From positions 1,678,831-1,742,830 of the forward strand of contig CAVUSO010000001.1 in NCBI GenBank assembly GCA_963744145.1: a stretch of 64,000 bases of DNA, written 5' to 3'. Source of the DNA: an uncultured cyanobacterium (GTDB lineage: Bacteria > Cyanobacteriota > Cyanobacteriia > Cyanobacteriales > CAWUOF01). The notes under the pieces were generated by a model. The model did not search any database. It was not told the DNA's origin and saw only the letters and a list, made by a program, of their open reading frames with translations. Each line of letters starts with the position of its first letter. The first letter of the stretch is position 1. The position numbers and the translations under genes were made by a program. This document shows positions 60,377 through 64,000 of the stretch, piece after piece.

Positions 60377-62143
60377 TTAAAATAGGGGAATTTCAATCAC
60401 AAACTCTGCTCCTTGTCCTGGAGATGAACGACAAGTTAGTTGTCCTTGGTGTTTTTCCACGATAATTTGATAGCTAGTCCATAATCCTAATCCAGTTCCT
60501 TGACCAACAGGTTTAGTCGTAAAAAATGGATCAAATAAACGCGATCGGTTTATTTCGGCAATCCCGGGTCCATTATCTCTAATCCTAATTCTAATTCTGT
60601 CTACCGTAACCATCTCCGTGGTAATCCCAATCATCGGGATTGACTGAGAATTTTGGGAGCGATCGCTATTTCCTCGATCTAAAGCATCAACAGCATTATT
60701 TAAAATATTAAAAAACACCTGATTTAACTGACTAGGGTAACAATTAATTGGGGGGATATTAGCATAATTCTTAACTATTTCTATGGCAGGACGAGCATCT
60801 TTTTTGCCCAGTCGATGTTGTAAAATTAACAGAGTGCTATCAATCCCTTCATGGATATCAACTAGCTTCGTATCAGCTTCATCCAGTCTGGAAAAATTGC
60901 GGAGAGACAGTACAATTTGACGAATCCGATTAGCACCCATTTGCATAGAAGACATAATGTTGTACAGATCAGATATGAGAAAGTTTAAATCAATTTCTAC
61001 TATTTTTTGCTGAATAATCGGACTGGGATTAGGATATTCATTCTGATATAAATTAATCAGATTAAACAATTCTTGAACATATTGAATAGCAAAGGTAAAA
61101 TTGCCATAGATAAAAGTAACTGGATTATTTATTTCATGAGCAATTCCTGCAACTAATTGTCCTAAACTGACCATCTTTTCATTTTGAACTAATTGAGCTT
61201 GAGCTTGTTTGAGTTCACTTAAAGCTTGTTCAAGACGCTGAGTTTGGATCGTTAATAATGCTTCCGATTGGAGTCGAGCTGCTTCTGATTTCTTCCGTTC
61301 AGAAATATTCCGCACGATCGCTAAAACTTCCTGAGATCCACTTTTGACATACCGAGCTTCATAACTATACCATTTACCTTCGATTTTTTGGATATATTCA
61401 CCAATTTGAATTTCCTGAGTATCCAGAGTCTGCTCAACATAATACATCGTCCATAAAGCCAAGTCATTGGAAAATATCTCAAACACATTTTTGCCAACAA
61501 TTTGCTCATCTAATATGGTATCATTAGTCAGGATATAATCAGGCTCTTTGGCTGGGCGATAATCTAAAAAAATACCAGCAGCACTAATCCGAAACATTAA
61601 ATCTGGAATCGCACTTAATAGACTAAAATTTTTCGCTTCGCTTAATTCTAAAGCGGTTTGGATCAGTTGACGTTCATAAATCTCTTGTTTAAGGATAATA
61701 TTTTTTTCTTCAAGCAACAAATTTTGTTGAGCGAGGAGTTTTTGATTGTTGCGTAGTTTCAATTGATTTTCGATCCGGATTAAAACTTCTTCAATTTGAA
61801 AAGGTTTAGTAATATAATCAGCACCACCGATTTTAAAAGCTTTTACTTGATCAAGGGTTTCATGGAGAGCGCTTAAGAAAATTACTGGAATTTGGTGAGT
61901 TTCTTCCATCGCTTTTAATTTTTCACAGACTTCATAGCCATTCATTTCCGGCATATTAATATCAAGTAAAATTAAATCCGGTGGTTTAGCTTGACAAGCT
62001 CTAATCGCACTCATTCCATTGAGGACACTGCGAACTTTATACCCTTGTTCAGTTAATAAATCAGATAAAAGTCGGAGATTATTGAGGGTATCATCAACCA
62101 CCAGCAGATCACCTTTAGTAAAAATATATTGATCGTCATTCAT
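60377..62143 (-). CDS. REC-PAS-histidine kinase (response-regulator receiver fused to sensor kinase)
   Basis: REC LLVVDD...DLILLDINMP...K; H-box [15 protein letters not shown]; HATPase DNGPGI...GQGTGLGL. Confidence 0.8.
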   Translation of the reverse strand: MNDDQYIFTKGDLLVVDDTLNNLRLLSDLLTEQGYKVRSVLNGMSAIRACQAKPPDLILLDINMPEMNGYEVCEKLKAMEETHQIPVIFLSALHETLDQVKAFKIGGADYITKPFQIEEVLIRIENQLKLRNNQKLLAQQNLLLEEKNIILKQEIYERQLIQTALELSEAKNFSLLSAIPDLMFRISAAGIFLDYRPAKEPDYILTNDTILDEQIVGKNVFEIFSNDLALWTMYYVEQTLDTQEIQIGEYIQKIEGKWYSYEARYVKSGSQEVLAIVRNISERKKSEAARLQSEALLTIQTQRLEQALSELKQAQAQLVQNEKMVSLGQLVAGIAHEINNPVTFIYGNFTFAIQYVQELFNLINLYQNEYPNPSPIIQQKIVEIDLNFLISDLYNIMSSMQMGANRIRQIVLSLRNFSRLDEADTKLVDIHEGIDSTLLILQHRLGKKDARPAIEIVKNYANIPPINCYPSQLNQVFFNILNNAVDALDRGNSDRSQNSQSIPMIGITTEMVTVDRIRIRIRDNGPGIAEINRSRLFDPFFTTKPVGQGTGLGLWTSYQIIVEKHQGQLTCRSSPGQGAEFVIEIPLF

Positions 62144-62242
62144 TTGCTTATCTGGGCAATTAAATTACTATAAAAATACTTAATTAAAGTAATAGAAAAA
62201 ATCTATTAATCAGAACTGATGGCTGGTACTAGCATTATCTAC

Positions 62243-64000
62243 TTATCCATTTAAGTCTTGCATAATTTCGGGGGGTAATGTGGTCGCAATGACATCGGTA
62301 ATTTGTTCAAACTGAAAATTATTAACCAAATTAACTAAGGTTTTGGCCAAAATTGGATTAACATTACCAATTTCTTCAGCTAAGTTAAAAATCAAATCAG
62401 CATCTGCTTCATTTGCAGCTTGATATAAAGCTATCAACCAGGCAATTGACATTTCTTTTAAAACTGAAGTCTCCAGAAAATAGGTATTGGTTGTGCCCAT
62501 GCGGATTGTTTGTCCATAATGAATCGGAACAGATAAATCTGATTTTATCCCTTCATTATTGCTGATTGTATCATTTAACGGCTTTTCATACAGATAACGT
62601 ACCCCTAAATATTGAGCGATTTTTTCAAAAATTACTGAATCTCGAAAAGGCTTACGCATGAAATCATCGCATCCTACTGATAAAATCAAATTTCGCTGTT
62701 CTTCAAAAGCACTTGCTGTTAAAGCAATAATTACAGTTGCCTGACCTTTCAAATGTGCTTTAATCCGTTTAGTGGCTTCATAACCATTCATCACGGGCAT
62801 CCGCATATCCATCCAGATTAGCTGCGGTTCCCAAGTTTCCCAGCAAGTAATCGCTTCTAGACCATTTGTCGCTTCCCGGACTGAAAACCCAACCGAAGTG
62901 AGCAATTTGACCATCAGGAGACGACTTTCCAGACGATCTTCAACTACTAAAATTCTATATTCTGGTTGATCAGGTGCTAAACCAATTACTTTTGCCTGCG
63001 GTTTAGATGTTGCAATATCAGTTAGATTAGCCTGATTAACGCGAATATTAAATGTAAATTTACTGCCGATCCCCACCGCACTACTAACAGTGATATTTCC
63101 GCCCATCATTTCTACAAATTTTTGACTGATCGGTAAACCTAACCCAGTTCCTTGCTGGGATTGTCTTCCCATTTCAGTTTGCACAAAAGCTTCAAATAGT
63201 TTGTCAATTTCATCAGGAGGAATACCAGGACCAGTATCAATAACCTCAAAGATTAAATAGTGGGTAAATTCGGATTTTTTCAGGTCAAAGTTAGATTTAC
63301 TTAGATCGGGATTCAAGTCACCATTTTGAATTTGCAAAGTCACAGTACCTTTGTCGGTAAATTTGATCGCGTTTCCTAAAAGATTAATTAAAATTTGACG
63401 CAACTTGCTTTCGTCAGTGTGGATATATTGAGGAATATCTGGTTTCCACTCAATCCGAAAGTCTAAACCTTTAGAAACGGCTTTTAACCGCAACATATCA
63501 GCCAGGTTTTCTACTAAACGCAGTAAATCAAAACTATTTTCATTCAGAGTAATTTTGCCAGCTTCAATTTTTGACATTTCCAGAATGTCATTGATTAATT
63601 GCAATAAATGTTCTCCGCTACGATTAATTATTTCTAAATTTTTCTGATGTTCACTAGATAGGGATGAGTCCCGGCTCATAATTTGGCTAAAACCCAGAAT
63701 TGCATTGAGAGGAGTTCTCAGTTCATGGCTCATGTTAGCTAGAAATTCGCTCTTAGCGCGATTAGCAATATCCGCAGATTCTTTAGCGTGACGTAGCTCT
63801 GTTTCCGCCCGTTTGCGATCGCTAATATCGATGACCAACCCATCCCAAATAATACTACCATCAGCTTGTTTTTCCGGTCGAGAATCACCTTGAAGCCATT
63901 TAATTTTATCTCCAATAATGATCCGATATACGGAATGCCAAGGGGTGAGGGTTTCTGCCGAAAATTTGATCGAATTACGGACATTAAGAATATCTTCGGG
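62243..64000 (-). CDS. hybrid histidine kinase (PAS-HisKA-HATPase-REC plus C-terminal domain); 5' end beyond window
   Basis: Frame remains open to position 64000 (..IIWDGLVIDISDRKRAETELRHAKE..); MSHELRTPLNAILGF; REC ILVVEDRLESRLLM...DMRMPVMNGYE. Confidence 0.8.
   Translation of the reverse strand, partial: PEDILNVRNSIKFSAETLTPWHSVYRIIIGDKIKWLQGDSRPEKQADGSIIWDGLVIDISDRKRAETELRHAKESADIANRAKSEFLANMSHELRTPLNAILGFSQIMSRDSSLSSEHQKNLEIINRSGEHLLQLINDILEMSKIEAGKITLNENSFDLLRLVENLADMLRLKAVSKGLDFRIEWKPDIPQYIHTDESKLRQILINLLGNAIKFTDKGTVTLQIQNGDLNPDLSKSNFDLKKSEFTHYLIFEVIDTGPGIPPDEIDKLFEAFVQTEMGRQSQQGTGLGLPISQKFVEMMGGNITVSSAVGIGSKFTFNIRVNQANLTDIATSKPQAKVIGLAPDQPEYRILVVEDRLESRLLMVKLLTSVGFSVREATNGLEAITCWETWEPQLIWMDMRMPVMNGYEATKRIKAHLKGQATVIIALTASAFEEQRNLILSVGCDDFMRKPFRDSVIFEKIAQYLGVRYLYEKPLNDTISNNEGIKSDLSVPIHYGQTIRMGTTNTYFLETSVLKEMSIAWLIALYQAANEADADLIFNLAEEIGNVNPILAKTLVNLVNNFQFEQITDVIATTLPPEIMQDLNG

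Noticed and set aside
63739-63984. 81-aa ORF suggesting a frame break at the 5' end of the hybrid histidine kinase
   Set aside because: The kinase frame stays open upstream of the annotated Met to the window edge (PAS-like ...IIWDGLVIDISDRK...), so no frameshift; the 81-aa ORF is an overlapping alternative frame

Overview
Cyanobacterial chromosomal segment: the 8-mer GCGATCGC (HIP1) recurs throughout and the window carries photosynthesis genes (phycocyanin operon cpcBACDEF, psb27, hemJ). Core blocks are: (1) pyrB (partial) and an 8-gene same-strand operon (1860-10416) that looks like an acetyl-protected, Arn/NaxD-style lipid-linked aminosugar modification pathway; (2) the cpc operon, with cpcB split by a 1-nt indel, Uma2, psb27 and pstCAB; (3) bioB-bioY-lspA, an FHA-domain class A PBP and xdhC. 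From 27.5 to 44.3 kb lies an accessory, decayed region. It contains a DUF4351 fragment; a solo IscB omega-RNA remnant upstream of an AT-rich tryptophan-2,3-dioxygenase-like gene; a 3'-truncated nth; an ISAzo13 transposase fragment fused to the C-terminal stub of a xanthine-dehydrogenase Mo subunit; two Uma2 genes; and a near-intact IscB plus omega-RNA element that is frameshifted once. It also holds a two-gene operon (vWA/MIDAS protein plus unknown partner) next to a sigma70-type promoter driving an approximately 250-nt ORF-less transcript with a tRNA-like minihelix, which is my best candidate for an undescribed RNP-type system. Finally it carries an AT-rich island with a DHQS-like sugar-phosphate cyclase, a vanadium haloperoxidase, a cupin, an MFS transporter and a TIM-barrel isomerase, a candidate cyclitol biosynthetic cluster. 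The remainder is an NDP-sugar pyrophosphorylase, scpA, an 1800-aa Ser/Thr-kinase-AAA-GAF-His-kinase protein, a 132-bp tandem hairpin repeat, tldD/pmbA, a Ser/Thr kinase, three sensor His kinases, a pentapeptide-repeat protein and hemJ. Five apparent single-base frameshifts occur (cpcB, iscB, MFS, tldD, a small ORF), which raises the possibility of assembly indel errors. No rRNA, canonical tRNA or CRISPR array was seen.
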